Positions 27,402-37,278 of a stretch of 64,000 bases of DNA are shown here, in pieces. Both the position numbers and the translations under genes were made by a program. Each line of letters opens with the position of its first letter. Within the stretch, counting starts at the first letter, position 1. Origin of the DNA: an uncultured Thermoleophilia bacterium (GTDB lineage: Bacteria > Actinomycetota > Thermoleophilia > Gaiellales > Gaiellaceae); assembly GCA_963820875.1 (NCBI GenBank), contig CAWGBR010000014.1, forward strand, positions 164,255 to 228,254, in the 5' to 3' direction. The notes under the pieces were generated by a model, which was not told the DNA's origin, did not search any database, and worked only from the letters and a program-made list of their open reading frames with translations.

Positions 27402-28241
27402 GGGGAAGGCCTTGCGGGCCAGCGCCGGCAGCACGTTGCTCGTCACCCAGACCGGCGTGGTGACGTAGCGCGCCGAGTATCGGTAGCTGCCGTTCGCGCG
27501 CTCGAGGCGGCCGAGGTACGCGAGAGCTCCGGCCGGCGGCTTGCGGCCGACCGCCGCGTAGGCCTGGATCGCCCAGGCGGTCGACTGGGCATCGGAGCCC
27601 CGCTTCGCGGTGAGCTCGAAACCGCCGTCGGCATTCTTGAGGCTCGCGAGGTACGAAAGACCTCGTTGGATCGCCCGGGAGCCGGCCGAGACGCCGGCGG
27701 CTCTCAGAGCCTGGATCGCGGCGGCCGTGTCGTTCGAGTCGGGGGCGACTCCGGCTGCCCAGGACCAGCCGCCGTTCGGGCGCTGCTGGCGAAGCAGGTA
27801 GCCGACGGCCCGCGAGCCGGCCGGCCGCCCCACCGCACGCAGCGCGATGATGCCCCAGATCGTCGAGTTGACGCCCGGGCCGATCGCCCCGCTCGAGCGG
27901 CGGAGGTCGTCGAGCCGATCGGCCAGCGCCAGCGCGGCCGCCGTGCGGCCGAGGGCGTCGAGCGCGAGGATACGGAGCTCGAGGTCGGTCGCGGTCGGAT
28001 ACGGCTTGCCCGTGAGGTAGTCGGCGGGGGACTCGCCGCCGTTCTGCACGGAGGCCGGGTCGCGGCCGGCGGCGGCGAGCGCGAGGACTACCCATGCGGT
28101 CAGGGAAGGATCGGACGGCCGCCCGGGCTCCCCGAAGCCCCCGTCGGCCTTCTGACTCGAGACGAGGAAGGCCGTCGCCGTGGCCTTGCCGAGCGCGGCG
28201 GCGGGTGCCGCGGGGGCGGTCGCGAGGACGGCGAGGATCAT
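27396..28241 (-). CDS. prenyltransferase/squalene-oxidase repeat (alpha/alpha-toroid) protein, probably secreted
   Basis: Intact 281 aa with repeated Q..DGG(F/W) motifs (QKADGGFGE, QRPNGGWSW, KNADGGFEL, RANGSYRY) and a hydrophobic N-terminus. It is the last gene of the ECF operon. Its stop TAG lies in repeat copy 2. Confidence 0.75.
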   Translation of the reverse strand: MILAVLATAPAAPAAALGKATATAFLVSSQKADGGFGEPGRPSDPSLTAWVVLALAAAGRDPASVQNGGESPADYLTGKPYPTATDLELRILALDALGRTAAALALADRLDDLRRSSGAIGPGVNSTIWGIIALRAVGRPAGSRAVGYLLRQQRPNGGWSWAAGVAPDSNDTAAAIQALRAAGVSAGSRAIQRGLSYLASLKNADGGFELTAKRGSDAQSTAWAIQAYAAVGRKPPAGALAYLGRLERANGSYRYSARYVTTPVWVTSNVLPALARKAFPL

Positions 28242-28390
28242 CGCTGTCAGGCACGCGGCGGCGATCGCGACGTGCGCCGTGTGCGCGGTCGCGCCACGGA
28301 TGAGGCTCGACGAGCGCGTGCCGTGCCGCCGTGCCGTGTCCGGGGCCGTGGCGACAGCCTACGTTTCGGCACACCCCTGCGCGAGACTCG

Positions 28391-29129
28391 TCACAGCCCG
28401 CGCACCCCTCGCGCGTCACTCGGCGTTACGCTCAAAGCGGGTGGAGGAACGGGGTGGCCCCGCAGGCCGTCCGCAGATCCGGCCGTCTCCCACACCACGT
28501 CCGTGCGCAGGCGGGTCGCGCAGCGGTCGAGCACGCGCCGCAGCTCCGGCCCGATCACCAGGGCGAGCACGAAGTTCCCGCCGGCGTGGGCGAAGTCGAA
28601 CGGGATCCCGCGCGCCATCTGACGGCCAGGGCGGGCCACGTGTGCGGGTAGAAGCTGAACCACAGCCACAGGTCCATCAGCGCCGAAGAACGCGAAGCCG
28701 AGGACGAAGGAGATCACGGCCAGCGCCAGCGCGGTTTCGCAGGATCGGGGCGGCCAGCGCTCCGGTCGCGCCGCACAGGCCCCAGCCGAGCATCTGCCAC
28801 GGGGTCCAGATGCCCTGACCGAGCGCGAAGTTCGACGCGCAGCGCCGCGAGTGCTCCGACATCGATCCCCGCACGCAGCGCCGAGCAGCGCCCGCGACGA
28901 TCGCGATGACGGTGACCGGCTGCACGCCCGGGACGGCGGCGAACAGGATCCGGCCGGCGGCTGCCACGCCAGCGAGCGTCGCGATGACGGCGAGCTCCTT
29001 CGCGGTCGTCGTCCCGGTCTCGAGCCAGACGGCGCCGAGAACGACGAGCGACCCGGCGGCGAGGAGGAGCGACAGGCCGGCACGGCCCGGGTCGAGCGCC
29101 GCCCAGGTCCCGGCCGCAAAGCAGGCCAA
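28391..29129 (-). pseudogene. ECF transporter substrate-capture (S) component candidate, frame interrupted
   Basis: Multi-span hydrophobic protein spread over three frames: FAAGTWAALDPGRAGLSLLLAAGSLVVLGAVWLETG...VQPVTVIAIVAG; NFALGQGIWTPWQMLGWGLCGATGALAAPIL; ALALAVISFVLGFAFF...GIPFDFAHAGGNFVLALVIGPELRRVL. The role is inferred from its position after the ECF ATPase. Confidence 0.55.
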
Positions 29130-29179
29130 CGCGCACAGCGCGATAGGCTTGCGCGCTCGCGACCGATCAGGGCGGAAGG

Positions 29180-30526
29180 CTAGACACGTTCGACTCCCGT
29201 GCGCCGAGCCGCACGCGCGGTGGTGCGGGAACTGACGTCGTGCGTCACGACCAGCACGGCGTTCCCTCCTCTACATACCCGATGCAGCCAATCGGCGAGC
29301 TCGGCTTTCCGCTCGGGGTCGATGCCACGGGTCGGCTCGTCGAGCACGAGCAGCTCCGGCTCGGAGACGGCGACGGCGGCGAGACCGAGACGCTCGCGCT
29401 CACCGCTCGAGAGATCGCGCGGATGCCCGTCGGCCGCCCAGTCGAGCCCGACGAGGCCGAGCGCGCGCCGCGCACGCTCTCGGTCACCGCCCACGCCAAG
29501 TGCGACCTCGTCGTCGACACGCTCGCGGACGAGGTAGCGGCCCGGGATCCTGCGACAGGTAGCAGACATGTGCCGGGCCGAACGACGCTGCCCGGAGTCC
29601 GGCTGCGAGCAGGCCCGCCACGATCCGGCCAGCGTCGTCTTGCCGCTGCCGTTGGGCCCGCTCAGGCGGACGACCTCGCCGCGCTCGAAGCTCCAGCTCG
29701 ACCCCGTCGAGGACGCTGGCGTCCGTCCGAAAGCGAGAACGTCGCCCACATGGAGAGCAACGGTCTCGCCGTCTCGCCGTCGATCCGGCGCGATCTCGGG
29801 CGCCGGGGCAGGAACTCGGGGCGGTGCTCGGCGAGCCAGTCGACCGCCTTCGACACGGGCGCGTCGAGGAGCAAGCCGGCCCCTCCGACGAAGAGCACCC
29901 GCTCGGCCAGCTCGAGCGCCCGCTCGACTCGCTGCTCCGAGAGCACGAAGGCGGCACTCGAGCCGGTCAACGTCTCGAGGAACGCCTCCGCGACCGTCGA
30001 GGTCGAGCTGCGACGTCGGCTCGTCGACAGAGCAGGCCCGGGCCGCATCGCGAGCGCCGAGGCCAGGCAGACGCGCTGGAGCTCGCCCGACGACAGCTCC
30101 GGTCGCGCGGCGGCCGCCAGGTGCAGCGCCGTCGATCGCGGCCAGCGCTTCTTCGACCCGCGCCGCGATCTCGTCCGGAGGCGTCCCAATGTTCTCGAGA
30201 CCGAACGCCACCTCGTTGCACACGGTGGTCATGACGACCTGATCTTCGGGATCCTGGAAGACGCTGGCGATCGCCCGGCGCAGCTCGGCCGGTCGCCTCC
30301 GCCGCGTGTCGAGCCCGTCGATCGACACCCGGCCGTCGAAGCGGCCTCCGTGGAAATGCGGCACGAGCCCTGCGAGCGCGCGAAGGAAGGTCGACTTGCC
30401 CGAGCCCGACGGCCCGAGCACCGCCACCTTCTCCCCGGGCTCGAAACGCACCGAGACGTCGTCCAGCGCGGGAGCCGTGCGCGAACGCGGGTAGGTGAAG
30501 CCGAGGCGATCGATCGACCAACGCGC
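29180..30526 (-). pseudogene. ECF transporter ATPase, two fused ABC cassettes, frame interrupted
   Basis: Cassette 1 has GEKVAVLGPSGSGKSTFLRAL and SVFQDPEDQVV. Cassette 2 has GEVVRLSGPNGSGKTTLA, LSSGERERLGLAAV, LLVLDEPTRGID and VLVVTHD. The inter-cassette region and the first ~25 codons (IDRLGFTYP...ALDDVS, no start codon) are out of register. Confidence 0.85.
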
Positions 30527-31334
30527 CTAGAGCCACAGCACGCCTCCCGCGACGAGGAGCGCCGCGCCCACGACCGCAAGCCAGTCCGATCCAGCTCCAG
30601 GGAGATCCCGGGACCCGCGTTCGACCCGGCCGACCGAAGCCCTCGCGCCTCCATCGACTCCGCGAGAGCAGAGCGCGCGCTCGAGCGACCCCGCCACGAG
30701 CGGTGAGACGAGCGGACGTGCCTCCCGCGGACGCCCTCGACCGCGACGCCGCGGCCGCGCACCGCGTCGACGAGACCGGCGGCGTCGCGCTCGAGCGTCG
30801 GCAGGAGACGGGTGGCGATGGCCGCGGCGAGCGCGGAGCGCCGGATGAGACCCACCGACGGCAAGCAGGCGGTCGTGATCGAGAAGGAGGGCATACGCCG
30901 AGAAGGCGAGCGCCACCGCGATCAGGCGCAGACCGTTGCAGCGCAGCGATCCGCATCTCCTCGCGTCGTGACGTCGATCGTGCCCAGCACGGGAAGCGTC
31001 GGACCGCTCCAGAGCACGTCTAGCCGACGTTCGCGAGGAACGGCGACAGGACGAAGACGCCCAGCCCGGAGGTGAGCGCGGCGAACACGTACAGGTCGGC
31101 GGCGCCGGCCGGGGCCTGCGCAGACGAGGCGAGCAGGAAGGCGGCGAGAGCACCGCGACGGACCACACACGATCGGCGAGCAGGGCGGCCGCCGCGAGGC
31201 ACGCGAGGCAGAGCGCGGCCGACACCGCCGACAGCTTCACTGGGATCACCGCGTCCCTGCTCGTCGAAACGGGCGCTATAGCGGTACCGGACGATCGACG
31301 GGTCGGCCGCGAGGGCGAGCGCTGCGGCTTGCAC
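30527..31334 (-). pseudogene. ECF transporter transmembrane (T, CbiQ-like) component, frame interrupted
   Basis: Fragments lie in >=4 frame segments: VIPVKLSAVSAALCLACLAAAALLA; DLYVFAALTSGLGVFVLSPFLANV; VLWSGPTLPVLGTIDVT; LRLIAVALAFSAYALLLDHDRLL; GLIRRSALAAAIATRLLPTLERDAAGLVDAVRGRG; SDWLAVVGAALLVAGGVLWL. Confidence 0.65.
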
Positions 31335-31984
31335 GGCCTCTCGCGAACCCGAGAGCGTGAACCGTCACCGGTGCGTCGTTGCCGCTCCCCGCGTCGCTGC
31401 GAGCTCGCCCCGGTCGCGCCGGCGCGCACCTCGAGCACGACGAGTTGGGGTCACCCTCGCCGCCCGCCCGAGGCAGCGCCTCGCGAGCGCGGCAGCCGCG
31501 TCGTCGAGCTCGGCCGGCGCGCGCACGCTCGACCGGCCTGTGCGTGCCCGCCCAACCGTGCAGGAACGGCTCCGGAAACGCTCCGACGACGACAGGCTGC
31601 TGCATCTGCTGCGCCCACGAGCGAAAGTCCCACCAGGCCACGTCCCCCGGCCGCAGGCGCACGTCGGCGCGCCCACGTCGGGCTCGATGCCGTTGAGGAA
31701 GTAGAACCAGTCGCGCTGCGCGGACAGGCTGCCCTCGGACGCCCTCGATCGCCTGCACGAAGCGCCCGCCGTAGCGCGTCTCGCACGTCCGCCTCCCGGT
31801 CGAGCGCCTGCAGGACGGTGAGCCCCGCCGGCACCTGGCGGTGAGGATCACCTCGCGCCGCGGTCGCGGGTCACCCAGAGGGACGCAGTGCCACCGCCGC
31901 CCGCCTCGGCTCGCCGGCCGTGCCGCCGCAGCCGGCGAGGAGAAGAGCGACGAGCGGAGGTGCGAGGGCCCGCCGTCGCACCAT
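31276..31984 (-). pseudogene. DUF4430 (transcobalamin-beta-like) lipoprotein, frame interrupted
   Basis: ATG 31984 opens with signal plus lipobox MVRRRALAPPLVALLLAG|CGG. PAGLTVLQALDREADV, ETRYGGRFVQAIEGV and DVRLRPGDVAWWDFRSWAQQMQQPVVVGAFPEPFLHGW lie in different frames. The 3' end is approximate. Confidence 0.65.
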
Positions 31985-31988
31985 GCTC

Positions 31989-32648
31989 TCAGGCGCGCTC
32001 AGCGAACGATCGCCTGCGAGCTGCACCGTGCCGTCCTTCGTCGCCGTGAGGCGGTGCCAGTGACCGACCGGGCAGATGACGTCCGTCCTCGTCGGCGACG
32101 GCCGACCGCCGACGCGGAAGATCGACGTCTCGCGCCCGGGCGTCGCCGCGCCGGTGTCGTCGACCGGAAGGCCTGGAAGCACCGCGCCCTGCTCGTCGAG
32201 GTCGAGCGTCGGAGGACCGCCCGTCGGGCCGAACGTCGCGTAGTACCAGAGGACGACGTCGCCCTCCTCGACCACGTACGCGTCGGCGCCGACCGGCGGA
32301 GAGACGCCGTTGACCTTGTACACCCAGCCGCTCGACTCAGCGCCGGCGAGCCGACCGATCTGGCGCGACGTACGGGCCAAACGAGGTCGCCGAGGAGCGG
32401 TAGAAGACCTCGCCTCGCCGGCTCGCCGACTCGAGCGCCCCGAGCGCGGTCGGCGCCTCGAGCGTGAGCGGCACGTCTCGTCCGCCGCGAGCGTCGCCCG
32501 TATACGGCGTGACGCGCGGCTGCTCGGCACCGTAGATCGTCGTGGTGGCGCCTTCGATCCGGACGTGCACCTGAATCGCCAGCTCGCTCGCGGAGTGCGA
32601 GCGTCGCCGCAGAGAGACGACGAGAAGAGCGAGAAGATCCTGTCGCAC
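31989..32648 (-). pseudogene. DUF4430 domain protein, frame interrupted
   Basis: GTG 32648 follows GGAAGGAGGA. MRQDLLALLVVSL...IQVHVRIEGATTTIYG...PTALGALESASRRGEVFY (ORF 32337..32648) continues in another frame as GRLAGAESSGWVYKVNGVSPPVGADAYVVEEGDVVLWYYATFG. The end is set at an out-of-frame TGA 4 nt before the next ATG. Confidence 0.65.
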
Positions 32649-32664
32649 GGTTCCTCCTTCCTCG

Positions 32665-32860
32665 AGGGGCAGTGCTGCGGCGCACGCCAGGTCTTCTGGC
32701 TCGGGGCTCCCTCCCCCGCCGCCTTCCCGGCCTCGCGGGCCAGTGGCGTCGTGGCGGGAGGGCGTCTCCCCTTACAGCGGCGGGACCGCGCCGGACTCTG
32801 CACCGGGCTTCCCTTGAGCGCTCGCCGTATGTCTGATTGGGGGCGCAAGCCGTACCACGC
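32665..32860 (-). promoter_or_regulatory. cobalamin (AdoCbl) riboswitch
   Basis: The minus strand carries the conserved core AAGGGAAGCCCGGTGCAGAGTCCGGCGCGGTCCCGCCGCTGTAAGGGGA, GCCACTGGCCCGCGAGGCCGGGAAGGCGG, and a B12 box GAGCCAGAAGACCTGGC (32686-32702). The element ends ~25 nt before the SD and GTG 32648. Boundaries are approximate. Confidence 0.9.
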
Positions 32861-33134
32861 TCGGCGAACGGGCATCGTGCTTCCGCGCGGAGTGCCCGCG
32901 CCGGCCGAGCGGGGCCGGCGCGGCGGCCCTCGCCGGCGCCCGATGTCGAGCGTATCCCGCGACTCGAAGGGCTTGGCGCTCCGTGAGTCTCAGGCGGCAC
33001 GGACGGAGGCACACGACTCGCCGACACGACGCCGGGGACGTCCGGCGACGCTCGAGTGTCGGCGATCCGGGAGCCGATGCATACGATGTCCCATCGAGCA
33101 TCGCCGTCCGACCCGGCCGCGACTATGGCTGCCG

Positions 33135-33444
33135 GTGCTCGTCTGGGCGCTCGTCATCTTCGCGTTCTCGTCGGTCCCGAGCCTCAACACGGGACTGGGC
33201 ACCTGGGATCTCGTGCTGCGCAAGCTCGCGCACGGGGCCGAGTTCGCGCTTCTCGGCGCTCTGCTGCAGCGGTGGCTCGCCCGGCCGTGGCTCGCCTGGC
33301 CGTCGCGTCCGCCTATGCGGCCACCGACGAGCTGCACCAGACGTTCGTTGCGGGCCGCGTGGCGTCGTCGGTCGACTGGGCCATCGACACCGCCGCGGTC
33401 GTGATCGGCGTCGCGCCTACGCGACGTACCAGCGGCGCCGGTGA
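33135..33444 (+). pseudogene. VanZ-like membrane protein, frame interrupted
   Basis: WLPVLVWALVIFAFSSVPSLNTGLGTWDLVLRKLAHGAEFALLGALL is in the ORF 32310.. frame. LAVASAYAATDELHQTFVAGRVASSVDWAIDTAAVVIGVA is in the ORF 33056.. frame. The end YATYQRRR* is in the ORF 32983..33444 frame. Start is provisional at GTG 33135. Confidence 0.65.
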
Positions 33445-34048
33445 CGCGGGCCGTCGCGATCGACCTCGACGGCGCGCTCGGCGACACTCACAGGCTCTGG
33501 CTCGCGTTCCTCGACGATGCTGCTCGACGCTTCCGGACGATCGCGCCGCTCGACGTCGACTCCCTCCCGGCCGATCGCGGCCAGGCAGCGGAGGACGCTC
33601 GACCGATGGGCGGCGGACGGAGTCGGCGACTGGCGCCAGGCGCTGGCACGCTTCGCCGAGGACCATGCGCCGGTGCACCTGCGCCCGAACGCGCAGGCCG
33701 GCACGTGCGTGCGAGCCCTCGCGGGGGCGGCTACCGACTCGGCGTCTTCACGGACGCTCCCGGAGGAGCTCGCCCGGGTCGCGTCTCGCAGCTCGGCGTG
33801 ACCGCCGCCTCGAGGCGCTCGAGACCGGTGACGGCTCGCTCGACCGGCTGGTCGAGCGCTCGGGGGCTCGGACGTTGCGTGGCGAGGACGCTTCGGCGAG
33901 CTCAGGCTGCTCACGCGATGACGACCCGTATGCGGTCGATCCCGCGCGGGAAGCTTGGCTACGATCAGGCGGTGACTGGCCGCGCAAGCTCCTCGACGAC
34001 CGTGAGCTCGACGCTATTCTCGAGCGGCTCGACCGGCCTGACCGATGA
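33441..34048 (+). pseudogene. HAD-like hydrolase candidate, frame interrupted
   Basis: GTG 33441 overlaps the VanZ-like stop (GTGA). AVAIDLDGALGDTHRLW resembles HAD motif I. Later pieces (TLDRWAADGVGDWRQALARFAEDHAPVHLRPNAQA, YRLGVFTDAP, LEALETGDGSLDRLVERSGA...DAILERLDRPDR) lie in other frames. Confidence 0.45.
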
Positions 34049-34200
34049 AGTCCACAACATCAATCGCCGGCTCGACTGCGGGCGAGGCCACGTTGCGGCT
34101 CTCGCACGAGCTGCGGAACCTCAACGAGTCGCTGCAGGCGATCGCCTACGCGGCGCTCGGCCAGCAAGGCCCGCAGGTGCGGCGCCGGCGCCAACCGTAG
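34045..34200 (+). CDS. possible small ORF (51 aa)
   Basis: ATG 34045 overlaps the previous stop (ATGA). Translation is MKSTTSIAGSTAGEATLRLSHELRNLNESLQAIAYAALGQQGPQVRRRRQP. It falls below the track cut-off and its coding status is unproven. Confidence 0.25.
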   Translation: MKSTTSIAGSTAGEATLRLSHELRNLNESLQAIAYAALGQQGPQVRRRRQP

Positions 34201-34467
34201 CCTTCGAAAGGCGGCCACTCAGCCGGCAACGCGACCGGGTCCCGCCCGGCTGAGCCGTCAGCCGACTTCGACCCGTCAGTTCGTCCTCTGCCCGGCGTGA
34301 CTCAGCCCGTGCTCAGCACGCGGAGCGAGCACACGCCGCTCCGCGGTGAGTGCGACCGGCGACCCGAGCGGCACGGCACGCGCCTGTGGCGGGCCCCGCC
34401 GAGACCCCTTACCCCGGAGATCGAGCGCTCCAGCCGCGCAGCGGGCACGAGCCGCTGCCGGAACTGA

Positions 34468-34778
34468 TCAGGAAGGCTTCGGCTTCCGCGCCGACGTCTT
34501 CGCGGCCGGCTTGGAGCCTTGCGCGCCGGCGGCCGACTTGGCTGCGCTCGTTCGCGCCTTGCCGTTCGGCGTCGCCGCAGCCTTGCCTCTTCGTCGGCTC
34601 GACCCGGATCGCCCCGGGCAGCGGAGCCATGACCGTCTCGCGACCGCTGTCCCAGCGAATCACGTAGCGAGGTGGATCGTCGCTCAGCACGTCCTCGATC
34701 ACGCCCGGCACGCTCGTTCGGGTTCGCCCTCTTGATCTTGCCGAGCATGTGAATGCGGTCTCCGGCCTTCGCGGTCAT
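34468..34778 (-). pseudogene. DUF1918 domain protein with Lys/Ala/Pro-rich tail, frame interrupted
   Basis: MTAKAGDRIHMLGKIKRANPNERAG (ORF 34302..34778) is followed by VIEDVLSDDPPRYVIRWDSGRETVMAPLPGAIRVEP (ORF 34409..34711). The tail KAAATPNGKARTSAAKSAAGAQGSKPAAKTSARKPKPS*, read from the third frame, stops at 34468-34470. Confidence 0.6.
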
Positions 34779-35038
34779 CCTCGCTTGCTCCCTCTGTCGC
34801 GGTGCAGGTCGACCGGAACGCTACCTGGATCGAGGGCCGCTTGGGCGGCCGAACCGCCCCGGATGCGGGCGGGCCTCGATTTCCGTCGGACGGCCGTAGC
34901 AACCGCGGCGGCGTGGACCTCGGCCCGCTCGCCGACCGCCTGGCGCCGCTCCTCGAAGCCAGGAGCGGCTCGAGGAGCGGATGCAGGGAGCTCGAGCGAA
35001 CTCAGCACGTCAGCCGCCCGGAGGCCGTCCCGGCCGCG

Positions 35039-37088
35039 CTACCCGTGAATCGAGACGATGATCGGGACGATGAGGATCGCGACGAGGTTGGCGATCTTGA
35101 TCATCGGGTTGATGGCCGGGCCCGCGGTGTCCTTGTAGGGATCGCCGACCGTGTCGCCGGTGACTGGCGGCCGCGTGAGCCTCGGAGCCCTTGCCGCCGT
35201 AGAGGCCGTCCTCGATCGTCTTCTTCGCGTTGTCCCAGGCGCCGCCCCCGGAGGTCATCGCGATGGCGAGGAAGAGGCCCGTCACGATCGTGCCGATGAG
35301 CAGACCGCCCAGGGCGCGCTCGGTTGATGATCCCGACCACGATCGGAAACAGGATCGGGATCAGCGCCGGCAGCATCATGTACCTGATCGCCAGACGCGG
35401 TCACGATGTCTGACCGCGCGGCTGTAGTCCGGCCGCTGCGTGTACTCCATGATCCCCGGCATCTCGCGGAACTGCCGGCGCACCTCCTCGACCACCTGGC
35501 CGCCAACGGTGCCGACCGCCTGCATGGCGAGCGAGGCGAACAGGAACGGCATCAGGCCGCCGATGAGGAGGCCCGCGATCACCCACGGGTCGGTGAGCGA
35601 GAACACGGCCGGAGCCCTTCGTCGGCGAGATCGGTCGCGTACTCGTCGAAGAGGACGAGCGCCGCGAGACCGGCGGAGCCGATCGCGTAGCCCTTCGTGA
35701 CCGCCTTGGTGGTGTTGCCGACCGCATCGAGCGGGTCGGTGACACCGCGTACGTACTCGGGCAGGTCGGCCATCTCGGCGATGCCGCCGGCGTTGTCGGT
35801 CACCGGCCCGTACGCGTCGAGCGCAACGATCAGGCCGGTCATCGAGAGCTGCGCCATGACGGCGATGCCGATGCCGAAGAGCGTCTGGTCGGCGATGTAG
35901 TAGGCGGCCACGATGCCGACGCGATCACGATGACGGGCGCCGCGGTCGCCTGCTTGCCGACGCGAGGCCGGAGATGATGTTCGTCGCGTGACCCGTCTGC
36001 GAGGCCTTCGCGATCTGCTTGACCGGCGGCCAGCGCGTGCCCGTGTAGAACTCCGTGATCGCGACGAGCAGGAACGTGACGGCGAGGCCGACCAGGGCGG
36101 CGCCGTAGAGCTCGCCGAAGCTGAACGGGCCGTCGTCGAACGCCAGCGTGACCGGGATGAAGCCGACCGCCGAGAGGATCGTCGCGACGATGACTGACTT
36201 GTAGAGCGCGTTGATGATGGCGTTCTGGCCCGCGGCCGATGCGCGCGAAGAACGCGCCGATCACCGACGCGAGGATCGAGATGCCGCCGAGGGCAGAGCG
36301 GGTAGAGCCAGATCTCGCTCGCCGGGAACTGCGTCCCGAGCAGCATCACGGCGACCGCCGTCACGGCGTAGGTCTCGAAGAGGTCGGCCGCCATGCCCGC
36401 GCAGTCGCCGACGTTGTCGCCGACGTTGTCGGCGATCACGGCGGGGTTGCGTCGGATCGTCCTCCGGGATCCCGGCCTCGATCTTGCCGACGAGGTCGGC
36501 CCCGACGTCGGCCGCCTTCGTGTAGATGCCGCCGCCGAGTCGCGCGAAGACCGAGATCAGGGAGCCGCCGAACGCGAGCCCGATGAGATCGTCGATCGCC
36601 GAGTTGGCGTCGTTGCCCGATCACCTTCGTGAGCAGCAGGTAGTACCCGGCGACTCCGAGCAGCCCGAGACCGACGACGAGCAGGCCGGTGACCGAGCCC
36701 GCCTTGAACGCGACCTCGAACGCCGGTCTGAGACCGTCCTGCGCCGCCGCTGCCGTGCGAACGTTCGAGCGCACCGCGACGTTCATGCCGATGAACCCGG
36801 CCGCGGCCGAGAGGATGGCGCCGATGAGGAAGCCGACGGCCGTCCCCCATCCGAGCTGGTCGTAGAGGCCGAGCAGCAGGAACGGCACGATGGCGACGAC
36901 GGCGATCGTCGTGTACTGACGGCTGAGGTAGGCGGCGGCGCCCTCCTGCACGGCTCTCGAGATCTCCTGCATGCGCTCGGAGCCTTTCGGGCGGCCCATC
37001 AGCCAGACCGTGAGGTAGACGCCGAAGCCGACTGCAACGCCGCCGCAGATCAGGGCGAACAGAACGGCGTGGTCTCGGAAGAAGACAT
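35039..37088 (-). pseudogene. hppA: membrane-bound proton-translocating pyrophosphatase, many frame interruptions
   Basis: Fragments [82 protein letters not shown] and [12 protein letters not shown] lie in different frames (>=6 switches). ATG 37088 is followed at once by a frame change. Stop at 35039-35041. Confidence 0.9.
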
Positions 37089-37266
37089 GTTCCTGCCTTG
37101 CTCGGAATCACGAAGTCGGCGCGTACGGCCTCACGGCGGAGACCGGGACCCCGCATGGGAAGCCGATGCGCGACGGGTGGAAGTTCTATCACAAACTCCG
37201 GTCGAGGACGGGCCGGCAGGCGCGCCAGCGCGGCGACGGCTCCCTCCCCGCGGCGCGCCGAAACGC

Positions 37267-37272
37267 CATAAT
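37267..37272 (+). promoter_or_regulatory. -10-like hexamer CATAAT 6 nt upstream of ATG 37279 (leaderless-type arrangement)
   Basis: CATAAT sits at 37267-37272 and is followed by CCCAGG, then the ATG. No SD is possible in that spacing. This is sequence resemblance only. Confidence 0.3.
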
Positions 37273-37278
37273 CCCAGG

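Noticed and set aside
35039-37088. Programmed frameshifting or genuine gene decay as the explanation for broken genes (hppA as an example)
   Set aside because: There are too many breaks per gene. They have no slippery-site pattern, occur in unrelated essential genes, and have undecayed coding sequence on both sides. Assembly indels are the simpler explanation, though this remains unproven without reads.
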